Shown here piece after piece: positions 1 to 6,843 of a stretch of DNA of 64,000 nt. The translations under genes and the position numbers were made by a program. The notes beneath the pieces are model-generated. The model made no database searches and had not been told where the DNA came from. It saw only the letters and a program-made list of their open reading frames with translations. The DNA comes from an uncultured Rhodospirillales bacterium. Its GTDB lineage: Bacteria > Pseudomonadota > Alphaproteobacteria > Rhodospirillales > Casp-alpha2. Location: NCBI GenBank assembly GCA_963974935.1, contig CAXBEV010000008.1:21322-85321 (forward strand), read 5' to 3'. Positions within the stretch are counted from its first letter, which is position 1. Each line of letters opens with the position of its first letter.

Positions 1-870
1 GCCAGCAACCTCTGGCCCGTTCGGCAACTTTGCATCATCAACGAGCGGCGGCACGTCTTTTGTGTCCGCCGTCGGCGTCAAGTTGGCGTCTGCAGGCTGT
101 GGATTATCGCCCCCGGCATCGTCTGCTGAGAGCAGTGCCAGCAGAGCAATGTTTTCCGGCGCGATACCTTTTGCCGTTTGCCGCTGCAATTCGTCGGCCT
201 GTGCGGGATCGCTGCTGCGCACACGCTTGATGATATCCGCCACGTCAACGATGCCCTGATCGCCGGCGGTATTGATCGCATCGGAGGTGAAGCGATGCAT
301 ATCGCCGATGCCTTTGCGGTTGTTCAGGCCATCTGCCGTGCGCTGATTGGACGCAGCATTATCGGCGGTCAATGCCTTTGCTTTTTCGAACAAGGCGTTG
401 ACGCGAGCTTGCCCTGGCTTGGCCGCAGGTGCGCTGACGTCACCCGCTTTCGGATCGGTTGCGGTCGGCTTTACCTGTGCCGTTTGGCGAGGTGTATTTC
501 CAGACAGACCGGTGACCTCGGTCAGTTTGCGGATGGTTTCGCCGCCTGGATTCATCTGACCGTCGACTTTGAGGCCCTGCTGCTTTTGAAACCGCTTGGT
601 GGCATCCTCGGTACGCATGCCCCAGTACCCGGTGGGACCGTCGGTCTTTTTTAAATCAAGCGCGCCGGCTTTCCCCAGCATGGTTTCCGCCTTGGCGACA
701 TCGGGGCGTTGGTTTTTGCCCTGCACACCGACCGACTGGCCAAGCGCGCCGAGATCACCAAGGTTGCTGATTTCGGTGTCCGCCGACGGCTTCGGCATAA
801 GGCGACCGAACGGGTCCCGGTCTTCAATTTCATATTTTTTACGCTCACGCGTCATGTTTCGATGAAACAT
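1..870 (-). CDS. PG_binding_1-like domain protein, 5' part only (290 codons). The ORF runs off the left edge of the window. Long paralog of the 1643-2143 gene.
   Basis: Absent from the supplied ORF track because it has no stop codon in the window. I read all 290 minus-strand triplets (phase ending at nt 1) and found no stop. ATG at 868-870 has AGGAGA (877-882) 6 nt upstream. The translation MFHRNMTRERKKYEIEDRDPFGRLMP...DVAKAETMLGKAGALDLKKTDGPTGYWGMRTEDATKRFQKQQGLKVDGQMNPGGETIRKL aligns with the 166-aa neighbour and fits the PG-binding pattern (DG..G..T..A..FQ...GL..DG...PGG.T). Confidence 0.7.
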   Translation of the reverse strand, partial: MFHRNMTRERKKYEIEDRDPFGRLMPKPSADTEISNLGDLGALGQSVGVQGKNQRPDVAKAETMLGKAGALDLKKTDGPTGYWGMRTEDATKRFQKQQGLKVDGQMNPGGETIRKLTEVTGLSGNTPRQTAQVKPTATDPKAGDVSAPAAKPGQARVNALFEKAKALTADNAASNQRTADGLNNRKGIGDMHRFTSDAINTAGDQGIVDVADIIKRVRSSDPAQADELQRQTAKGIAPENIALLALLSADDAGGDNPQPADANLTPTADTKDVPPLVDDAKLPNGPEVAG

Positions 871-900
871 TCCCGATCTCCTGATGTTGAGTATGAACAC

Positions 901-925
901 AAAAAGGGCCGCCGATTGGCAGCCC
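901..925 (-). terminator. Rho-independent terminator after the CPBP gene
   Basis: Minus-strand RNA reads GGGCUGCC-AAUC-GGCGGCCC followed by UUUUU. This is an 8-bp stem. Its single non-Watson-Crick pair is G.U on the minus strand but C.A on the plus strand, which favours minus-strand function. Confidence 0.6.
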
Positions 926-964
926 TGAGATGCAAAGATAAAAAAAGTTGGAAAAGAATGCGGG

Positions 965-1642
965 TTACCCGCAGGCGCGCACGTTCATCCAGCAACCGAT
1001 ATCTGAGAACAGCACCAGGTCGACCAAATAATGGGCCATGATCGGCGGCCAAAGGCTTTGGTGATGGCGATATAGGGCCATCGCCATCGCACCGAAGATC
1101 ACGGTCACGAAAATTGGAGCAATCCCCTGTGGCGCGTGGATCAATGCGAATGTGGCGATGGACACAACGTATATGTGCCGCGTGGACCATCCCCGCGCAG
1201 CACCAATTTTCGCTGGCAAATAGCGGAAGACCATTTCTTCACTGACGGCAACGAGCGCGATACCCATCACCGCATCCCCCCAGCGGAGCGTTGGATTGAG
1301 GATCATTGGATATAGCCAATTTACAAAAAACGGAACGGACGGAAAGACGAACCGCGCCAGCTGATCCACAAACAGCGTGGCATACCAAACAATCAACACC
1401 AGGAAGACGGCACGCACCGGTGATATGATGCGTCCCCGCAAAACGGCGCCACCCGTCATCCAAAGCACCAGCAAAATGATGACGGCACGAAGGGCATAAT
1501 CTGCAACATAGAGGCCGAGCGGCGGTAAAAGGAATTTGAGCCAGCCGACCATGAAGATCGCGATGCAACCGAGAAAAATGATAATCCACCGGCGATCATC
1601 GAGTTTACTTAACTGTAAAATATCAAATCTTCGCGACGACAT
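965..1642 (-). CDS. CPBP (CAAX/Abi) family intramembrane metalloprotease
   Basis: 225-aa polytopic membrane protein with all three CPBP motifs: EEMVFR (EExxxR), FALIH (FxxxH) and HYLVD (HxxxD). Its ATG directly abuts the stop of the upstream gene (TAAATG). Confidence 0.8.
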   Translation of the reverse strand: MSSRRFDILQLSKLDDRRWIIIFLGCIAIFMVGWLKFLLPPLGLYVADYALRAVIILLVLWMTGGAVLRGRIISPVRAVFLVLIVWYATLFVDQLARFVFPSVPFFVNWLYPMILNPTLRWGDAVMGIALVAVSEEMVFRYLPAKIGAARGWSTRHIYVVSIATFALIHAPQGIAPIFVTVIFGAMAMALYRHHQSLWPPIMAHYLVDLVLFSDIGCWMNVRACG

Positions 1643-2143
1643 TTACCCTCGAATTCCCCCACCACTGGGATAAGGCTCGCATATCCAATTATCTATGCAT
1701 AGTCCGGTCTCCGGAATGCATATTCTATGCTTTGTCGGATACGTGCCTCTCGGGCAATTTTTTTCGTCCTTGTCTTCCGTTTGCTCTTCCCGCCGCTCCT
1801 TGCGCCGCTTCGCTGCATCACGCGTCTCAGCCAAACGCGTGACGGTCTCGCCGCCTGGATTAATCTGAGCGTCAACCTTTAAGCCATTTGCTTTTTGGAA
1901 TTTACGCGTCGCGTCATCGGTCCGCATGCCCCAATACCCGGTTGGGCCATCGGTTTTGTCAATATCAAGGCCCCCGGCATCAGCGAGCAAGGTTTCAACT
2001 TTTGCGACGTCGCGCCGATTGTTTTTGCCAAATGCGCCGACGGGCGCAGATAAGGTTGTCGGGTCTTTAATATCGGCGATCTCCATATCCGATTTTACCG
2101 GTGGTGGGATACGGCCAAACGAATCCTTCGTATTGAATGGCAT
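1643..2143 (-). CDS. Short PG_binding_1-like domain protein with a Lys/Glu-rich linker and a 4-Cys C-terminal tail
   Basis: 166 aa, with GAGGAG 7 nt upstream of the ATG. The core DVAKVETLLADAGGLDIDKTDGPTGYWGMRTDDATRKFQKANGLKVDAQINPGGETVTRL is paralogous to the 1-870 protein. The C-terminus is CPRGTYPTKHRICIPETGLCIDNWICEP. Confidence 0.7.
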   Translation of the reverse strand: MPFNTKDSFGRIPPPVKSDMEIADIKDPTTLSAPVGAFGKNNRRDVAKVETLLADAGGLDIDKTDGPTGYWGMRTDDATRKFQKANGLKVDAQINPGGETVTRLAETRDAAKRRKERREEQTEDKDEKNCPRGTYPTKHRICIPETGLCIDNWICEPYPSGGGIRG

Positions 2144-2180
2144 TTTCTAGCTCCTCATTTTTCACGTTAGGACGAATGGA

Positions 2181-2209
2181 CTGCCCCTGAAGATAATCTT
2201 CAAGGGCAG
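2181..2209 (-). terminator. Strong stem-loop downstream of the capsid/89-aa gene pair. It is terminator-like but lacks a U tract.
   Basis: 13-bp stem with a 3-nt loop (CUGCCCUUGAAGA-UUA-UCUUCAGGGGCAG on the minus strand). The one irregular pair is G.U on the minus strand and C.A on the plus strand. It sits 35 nt after the stop at 2244. Confidence 0.4.
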
Positions 2210-2243
2210 CCCTGCTCATCATCACAACGCAATCATCAACAGG

Positions 2244-2513
2244 TCAGTCGGTATCCGTCCCGCCGATCTGCGTCATGTCATCGGCGTCTACGGTGCCGGA
2301 TGCATTGGCATTGATGATGAAGATGCCGCCCGCCGGCGCACCCTCGGTATCGGTGTTGGCAAAGACCATATCGCCGGTGCGCAGCATATCGCTGGCATCA
2401 TTAAAATAGCCCGCCGTATCGACGCTGGCGGCCGTATCGATGGTGGTGTAATGCCAGAGCGTAAAGCCGTTTGCATAGGCGAGCACGCTCAGGTCCTTCG
2501 ATTGAAAGGCCAT
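2244..2513 (-). CDS. Small acidic phage-associated protein of unknown function (possibly a head accessory or decoration protein)
   Basis: 89-aa ORF starting 34 nt after the capsid stop, with a strong SD (AAGGAG). The position directly downstream of the capsid gene is the only functional clue. Confidence 0.6.
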   Translation of the reverse strand: MAFQSKDLSVLAYANGFTLWHYTTIDTAASVDTAGYFNDASDMLRTGDMVFANTDTEGAPAGGIFIINANASGTVDADDMTQIGGTDTD

Positions 2514-2547
2514 GTTAGATCTCCTTTAACGATCAATGGGTGATGGC

Positions 2548-3366
2548 TTACGATTCGAGGCAGCGCATCGACACGACACCCGCCGGATCGATCAAGCCCG
2601 AGCCTTGGCTCATCATGTTGTTGATGAAGTTGGCCGCACGATCACCGTGCCAGGTGATGTCGGTTTTGACGTCAGCGCCGACGGCATGACCGATCGCGGT
2701 CTTGTGATACCAATAGCAGTACCGAACGCTCGACGTCAGCGTCAGACCCGAATGCGGCATCCACAACGTCCCCAGCCAACGCTTGGCCTGGGTCCCTTTC
2801 CACGGCAGGTCATCGTCACCGATGTAATCGGCGTGAGCGAACTCTTGAATATCCAAAAGATCAGACCACTGCTTCCAGCCGACAATGGCATAGCGCTCAC
2901 CATCATCCGGCACATCGGCGCCGCCCAACATTTCGAATGCCGAGAGCACCTTGGCCTTGGTCAGGCCGTCGGTGCCGGTACCGGCATAGTTGGTCGACGT
3001 ATCGAACTGCTCGATGATCAATTCGTCGGTTTTACGGCCGAGGGCATACGCGCCCGCATTGGCAATCACCTGGCGCTCGTCGTGCGCGTTTTTAAGCTCA
3101 TCAAGACTGTCGACCCAATCGCCGGCGTAGTAGTCATACAAGGTGACTTCGATCGGTTCGTGATCGACGTTCATCACCGGCACTTTGCCATGCCGCGCTT
3201 TGGTGGACGCGGTGCCCTTGCCAATTTTCTGGAAAGTGGTCGACGAGCCTTTGATGTCGTTTTTCGTGCGCACGGTATTTCGAAGCTTCGAGCCCATGCG
3301 CTGATACGACATGTGGACGTACGTCTGGAAATGTTTGACGAACGACTGGTCTACGGAAGTGGACAT
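2548..3366 (-). CDS. Putative phage major capsid protein (podovirus-type; HK97 fold expected)
   Basis: The start is trimmed to the ATG at 3366 (MSTSVDQSF...), which has GGAGAAGG upstream. The gene is 272 aa and sits in the position after portal and scaffold. The sequence resembles podoviral capsid families from my recollection (FQKIGKG...KARHGKVPVMN...DWVD.LDELK). This was not verified by a search. Confidence 0.6.
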   Translation of the reverse strand: MSTSVDQSFVKHFQTYVHMSYQRMGSKLRNTVRTKNDIKGSSTTFQKIGKGTASTKARHGKVPVMNVDHEPIEVTLYDYYAGDWVDSLDELKNAHDERQVIANAGAYALGRKTDELIIEQFDTSTNYAGTGTDGLTKAKVLSAFEMLGGADVPDDGERYAIVGWKQWSDLLDIQEFAHADYIGDDDLPWKGTQAKRWLGTLWMPHSGLTLTSSVRYCYWYHKTAIGHAVGADVKTDITWHGDRAANFINNMMSQGSGLIDPAGVVSMRCLES

Positions 3367-3568
3367 CTGTCCTTCTCCAATACTGTTGGTTTCATGGTTG
3401 GGTGAAGCCGGCCGGCACAGGTTATGGACATGCATTTGCACGCCGCCCAACGCCGCCGGACGCGCGGACGGGCGCGCTGTGCGTTATCCGTCTGCGAAGA
3501 AAAAGTAATGTGTAAAAAAACGGTGCCAAAAAGGCGAAGTTGATTGGGATGGTATCGCAAGAAACGAT

Positions 3569-3620
3569 GGGGGTGCCGTGCGAAAGACTCACACTTGATG
3601 GCACCCCCACCGAACGGGGG
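3569..3620 (-). promoter_or_regulatory. Structured RNA element in the 312-nt scaffold-capsid intergenic leader
   Basis: A 9-bp stem forms between GGGGGTGCC (3569-3577) and GGCACCCCC (3600-3608). Its C5/G5 arm can alternatively pair with GGGGG (3616-3620). The two hairpins are therefore mutually exclusive. Confidence 0.4.
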
Positions 3621-3678
3621 AGCTGCGAAAACCCCTAAACGCGCTCAACCCCGAACCGATCAAACATCAGCGGGCGCC

Positions 3679-4410
3679 TTAACTTGGATACAGCCGCTGG
3701 AAGCCGTTGCGAACTTTGGCGATCAAAGCCGGGTCCTGATCGCGCCAGTAGCGCGGGTCCTGCATGAGCTTTTTAAGCTTCTGCTCGTCCGGGCCATCGC
3801 CGCCACCGATACCGCTGGTGCCGACGCCGGGCTCATCCGACGCCATCATGCGATGCAATGCGAGCACGCCTTCAAACGACCCGCTGAGCGCATCCATGAC
3901 GTCTTCGGGCAAGTGCGCCTTACCCCAATCGCCAAGTTGTTGGGCGATCCGGCTCCAACGTTCTTTGCCGCCAAAGTATTCCTCCAAACGGCCGCGCACA
4001 TTTTCAGCCGCCAAGTTGCTGCGTGCGGCCGCCAGTTCAGGTGCAACATAGTGACGGGCCAAGTCATAGACCACTTGCGCTTGGTCGTTTGAAAAGCGCG
4101 CTTTGTGAAGCACAGCATTCACCTGTGGGTCAGGTTCGAACTCGCCGCATTCGACGCAATAGCCTTCGGGCGAATCCGGAATGTCGCGCTCGCCCCGGCT
4201 GAAGCGTTGCTCTAGCGCTTGGTAAGAGCGCAAAAGCGCATCAAGTCGGACTTCACCTTTTTCGGCATCCCAGAATTTTTCCGGCAAGCCGGCGGGGCGG
4301 ACCGCCGTTTGATTTAATTGCGCCGGTTGCTCAGGTAAAAGCGGCGGCGCGGCCATGGCATTGGGTGCGGAGTCGTGCGGATGCGTGGTCTCTTCAAGAA
4401 TATTGGTCAT
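3679..4410 (-). CDS. Putative capsid assembly scaffolding protein
   Basis: 243-aa acidic protein that looks helical, located between the portal and capsid genes (the gp9 position in T7-like order). The assignment is by position and composition only. Confidence 0.5.
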   Translation of the reverse strand: MTNILEETTHPHDSAPNAMAAPPLLPEQPAQLNQTAVRPAGLPEKFWDAEKGEVRLDALLRSYQALEQRFSRGERDIPDSPEGYCVECGEFEPDPQVNAVLHKARFSNDQAQVVYDLARHYVAPELAAARSNLAAENVRGRLEEYFGGKERWSRIAQQLGDWGKAHLPEDVMDALSGSFEGVLALHRMMASDEPGVGTSGIGGGDGPDEQKLKKLMQDPRYWRDQDPALIAKVRNGFQRLYPS

Positions 4411-4419
4411 GGTTTTGTC

Positions 4420-4695
4420 CTAATCCGAAATGTCAGAAAAATTGGTGTCGGTCGTCATCGGCCCTTTGCGGCCTCGCTCAATCAGCGCTTGGAGGTGCTG
4501 AACCAATTGCCGCTGCCCTTCGAGATGACGCAGGTGCGCATCGTCTGTGCCGGGCCCTAAAGTACGCTCAATGGTGATCGCACGGATGTAAGTCAGAAGT
4601 AGCCGCCCATCAGCGCCGGCGAAACAACGCGTAGCAATCTGCGCGAGTTCCGTGGGCGAGGGACGCGGATCGGCTGTCGGTTCAAGTCGTGGCAT
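4420..4695 (-). CDS. Small phage protein, Bbp19-like
   Basis: 91 aa. Its ATG overlaps the end of the portal gene by 14 nt, with GGAG 6 nt upstream. The pattern CFAGADGRLLLTYIRAITIERTLGPG...LRHLEGQRQLVQHLQALIERG matches my recollection of the Bbp19 family found in podovirus head modules. Confidence 0.5.
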   Translation of the reverse strand: MPRLEPTADPRPSPTELAQIATRCFAGADGRLLLTYIRAITIERTLGPGTDDAHLRHLEGQRQLVQHLQALIERGRKGPMTTDTNFSDISD

Positions 4696-6379
4696 CGCTT
4701 GCTCCTATCGATACATTTGCTGTGGATGCAGAAGATGGTGCGGGTGCCTGCGGTGACGCTTGATCAGGAGCAGCGCCAGGCATCATGTTTGCGCTACCCA
4801 TCGTGTCGCCCAATTTTTCTAGAAGCTCACTGAGAAAATCACCTTCTTCGGGTAGCGCCATGCCGCCGGGCAATGTAGGCGGGCTTGGCATTGCGGATGC
4901 CGTCGTCAGTTCCTCGTCCGTTTTAAGAATGTCTTCCGGGACACCGAACGCACGCGCGGTGTAACGGGCTGCCTTAAGCGGATCGACCAATGCCATCGCT
5001 TCGGGCCCAAGTGCGGTGAGCCCGCGAATCCATTCCGACACCATACCGGCCTCACGACGTGTCCGCTCGCGTGCCAAAGGCGATGTGTATTCGAGTTCGA
5101 CGACGCGACCATCGATCTCAAAGCTCGGTGTTTCGCCGCGCCGCTGTAAGATCGAGACCGCACGCATGGCAATCGGCGTCAGCAATTCTGCCTGCAGCCG
5201 ACCGTATGTCGCCCCCAGCAGGCGGGCCATCTCTAGCGAGCGTTGAATAACCTCGGTCGCCGTCATATCCGGTCGATCGGGCTGACCGATGATGTCGGAC
5301 AACAGCGCATGCCGAATTCGGGTACGCATTTGTTCGAGCACAATCGAAGATAGATCCATATCGTTCGCCGGCTTTAACGGCGTAAGCCCCGCCGAGCCGA
5401 CCGCTTTCGGAATAATCGTACCCGGCTCGAGCTTGATCGTCGCCGGGTTCAAAACACCATCGTCATCGGCTTGCCAAATCCCGGTCACAGCAATCGAAGC
5501 ATTTTTGAGAACGAGCTCAACAACCTTATTTGCGGTTTTGATATCGGGCAGCGCCTTCATCACCGGCGAGCGTCCATAAATTTCGCCGGGCGCTTTGACC
5601 CAGCGGAAATTGATGAACGGCGACGAGCGAAAGGCACCCGTTGCAAGTACGTCCGCATCCGAGCCACCGTTGTCAGCGGCTTCGCGAACAGCAACATATT
5701 CATATCCACGTGAACCAGGCTGCACGGCCTCAATGACGCTGATTTTTTCGTCGGCGGCATTGCCATCGTCGATATCCGGCAACACGGCATCGGGAAAACG
5801 TTCTTGAAACTGCGTACGGGTCAATTCGGCACGGCGATACGTGACGTCGAGACGACCAGACAAACTTTCTTCGAAAACCACTTCCGACAGTGGCACGGCG
5901 GTAAAACGAAATGCCGATTGATCACCGGCAGGCGCCTCTTCAAACATTAAACACGCGGTGCCCGCAGTCACCAGGTCGAGATAGCACTGATGCATCTCAA
6001 CAGCGAAGTTGGAGCGATCAAAATTTCCCTGCAAGACGGATGCAGCGCGCTCTAAAATTTTTGCCATCTCCGCGTGTTGATCTTCAGGCGCATCCTTACC
6101 CGGTTTGAAATCGAACCAGCGCCCCCAAGGTGGCGTCAATTCGGAGAGCAAGCTTGCCGCCAATTGATCCACCGCATCGGTCGCCGTTGCATCGTACAAC
6201 CGATTGCCTTTCTTAACGCCCGGGTTTGCCGGATCAATCACACTTTCGCGCTGCGGCAAGGCATATTCGTAGCATTCACGCCAATGCCCTTCCCATTGGC
6301 TGCGGCGTGCCTTGGCGCGACGATATCGTTCGATGAGTTTGTCCGGCGCGATATCGGTTTTTGTTTGGTCATGTTTCAT
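4682..6379 (-). CDS. Phage portal (head-to-tail connector) protein, T7 gp8-like
   Basis: 565 aa. The N-terminal region ...ERYRRAKARRSQWEGHWRECYEYALPQRE...LYDATATDAVDQLAASL... is typical of the podoviral Head-tail_con family. GGAGA lies 6 nt upstream of the ATG. Confidence 0.85.
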   Translation of the reverse strand: MKHDQTKTDIAPDKLIERYRRAKARRSQWEGHWRECYEYALPQRESVIDPANPGVKKGNRLYDATATDAVDQLAASLLSELTPPWGRWFDFKPGKDAPEDQHAEMAKILERAASVLQGNFDRSNFAVEMHQCYLDLVTAGTACLMFEEAPAGDQSAFRFTAVPLSEVVFEESLSGRLDVTYRRAELTRTQFQERFPDAVLPDIDDGNAADEKISVIEAVQPGSRGYEYVAVREAADNGGSDADVLATGAFRSSPFINFRWVKAPGEIYGRSPVMKALPDIKTANKVVELVLKNASIAVTGIWQADDDGVLNPATIKLEPGTIIPKAVGSAGLTPLKPANDMDLSSIVLEQMRTRIRHALLSDIIGQPDRPDMTATEVIQRSLEMARLLGATYGRLQAELLTPIAMRAVSILQRRGETPSFEIDGRVVELEYTSPLARERTRREAGMVSEWIRGLTALGPEAMALVDPLKAARYTARAFGVPEDILKTDEELTTASAMPSPPTLPGGMALPEEGDFLSELLEKLGDTMGSANMMPGAAPDQASPQAPAPSSASTANVSIGASDATT

Positions 6380-6381
6380 GA

Positions 6382-6597
6382 CTAATCTCCGAGCTTTTCT
6401 TTGAGGGAATCGTCGGGCGCTCGCGTTTGCTGTGGCTCTAGGACGCCGCGGGCCGAGGTTTCAATGGTGCCAACACGACCGCGACGCCGACGCTCGATAT
6501 TTTCGAGGCGCCGCTTGCGTTCTTCTTCGGCGGGATCAACTTTCTTTGGCGGCTCAGGTGCCGGTGGCGTGGACGGAGATGAGAATAATCCACCCAT
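6382..6597 (-). CDS. Small Pro-rich/basic phage protein preceding the portal gene
   Basis: 71 aa, with a strong SD (AAGGAG) 7 nt upstream. Its stop codon is 2 nt from the portal ATG. It contains the motif RRRRGRVGTIETSARGVL. Confidence 0.6.
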   Translation of the reverse strand: MGGLFSSPSTPPAPEPPKKVDPAEEERKRRLENIERRRRGRVGTIETSARGVLEPQQTRAPDDSLKEKLGD

Positions 6598-6641
6598 GAC
6601 GAGTCTCCTTTCGCTGGGACGTGCCGCAGAAATATCGGCAC

Positions 6642-6673
6642 AAAAAAAGCCGCCGGCTCAAAGAGCGGGCGGC
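6642..6673 (-). terminator. Rho-independent terminator between tldD and the phage-like module
   Basis: Minus-strand RNA reads GCCGCC-C-GCUC-UUU-GAGC-C-GGCGGC followed by U7. Confidence 0.65.
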
Positions 6674-6763
6674 GCGGAAATTATAAATTGGGGACGTTCG
6701 AAACGTGGTCCAGAACGCAAAGGTCTCGGAAAGAAGACGCACTTCTCCCCGAGACTTGAGATA

Positions 6764-6792
6764 ACCTTAATCGAATCTCATGCGAACGTCAA
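6764..6792 (-). promoter_or_regulatory. Sigma70-like promoter candidate (TTGACG-N17-TAAGGT)
   Basis: The -35 element is at 6787-6792 and the -10 element at 6764-6769, with 17-nt spacing. An A-rich tract lies upstream. The candidate sits about 50 nt downstream of the tldD stop. Confidence 0.35.
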
Positions 6793-6843
6793 GTGTTTTT
6801 TAGCGGTCAAGTAGAATGGGCTACAGGACCGATTCCAGGCCGA

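Larger units (their letters stand above)
1..6597 (-). mobile_element. Phage-derived region: a podovirus-type head-morphogenesis module plus PG-binding/CPBP cargo. The left end is outside the window.
   Basis: Ten co-oriented, tightly packed genes lie in portal-scaffold-capsid order. The region ends abruptly at the core gene tldD. No integrase, terminase or tail genes are visible in the window. Confidence 0.6.

Noticed and set aside
3351-3610. Small minus-strand ORFs (69 and 62 aa) inside the scaffold-capsid leader
   Set aside because: They have no SD and overlap each other and the capsid start. Their composition is implausible. I treat the region as non-coding structured RNA.
3544-4092. 182-aa plus-strand ORF within the phage-like module
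   Set aside because: It is antisense to the scaffold gene, has no SD and is a shadow ORF.
6700-6720. The GTTCGAA-containing segment, considered as a tRNA fragment or phage att site
   Set aside because: The only resemblance is the TPsiC-like heptamer. There is no acceptor or anticodon arm, and no second repeat copy is visible in the window. It is more simply a small hairpin within the leader.
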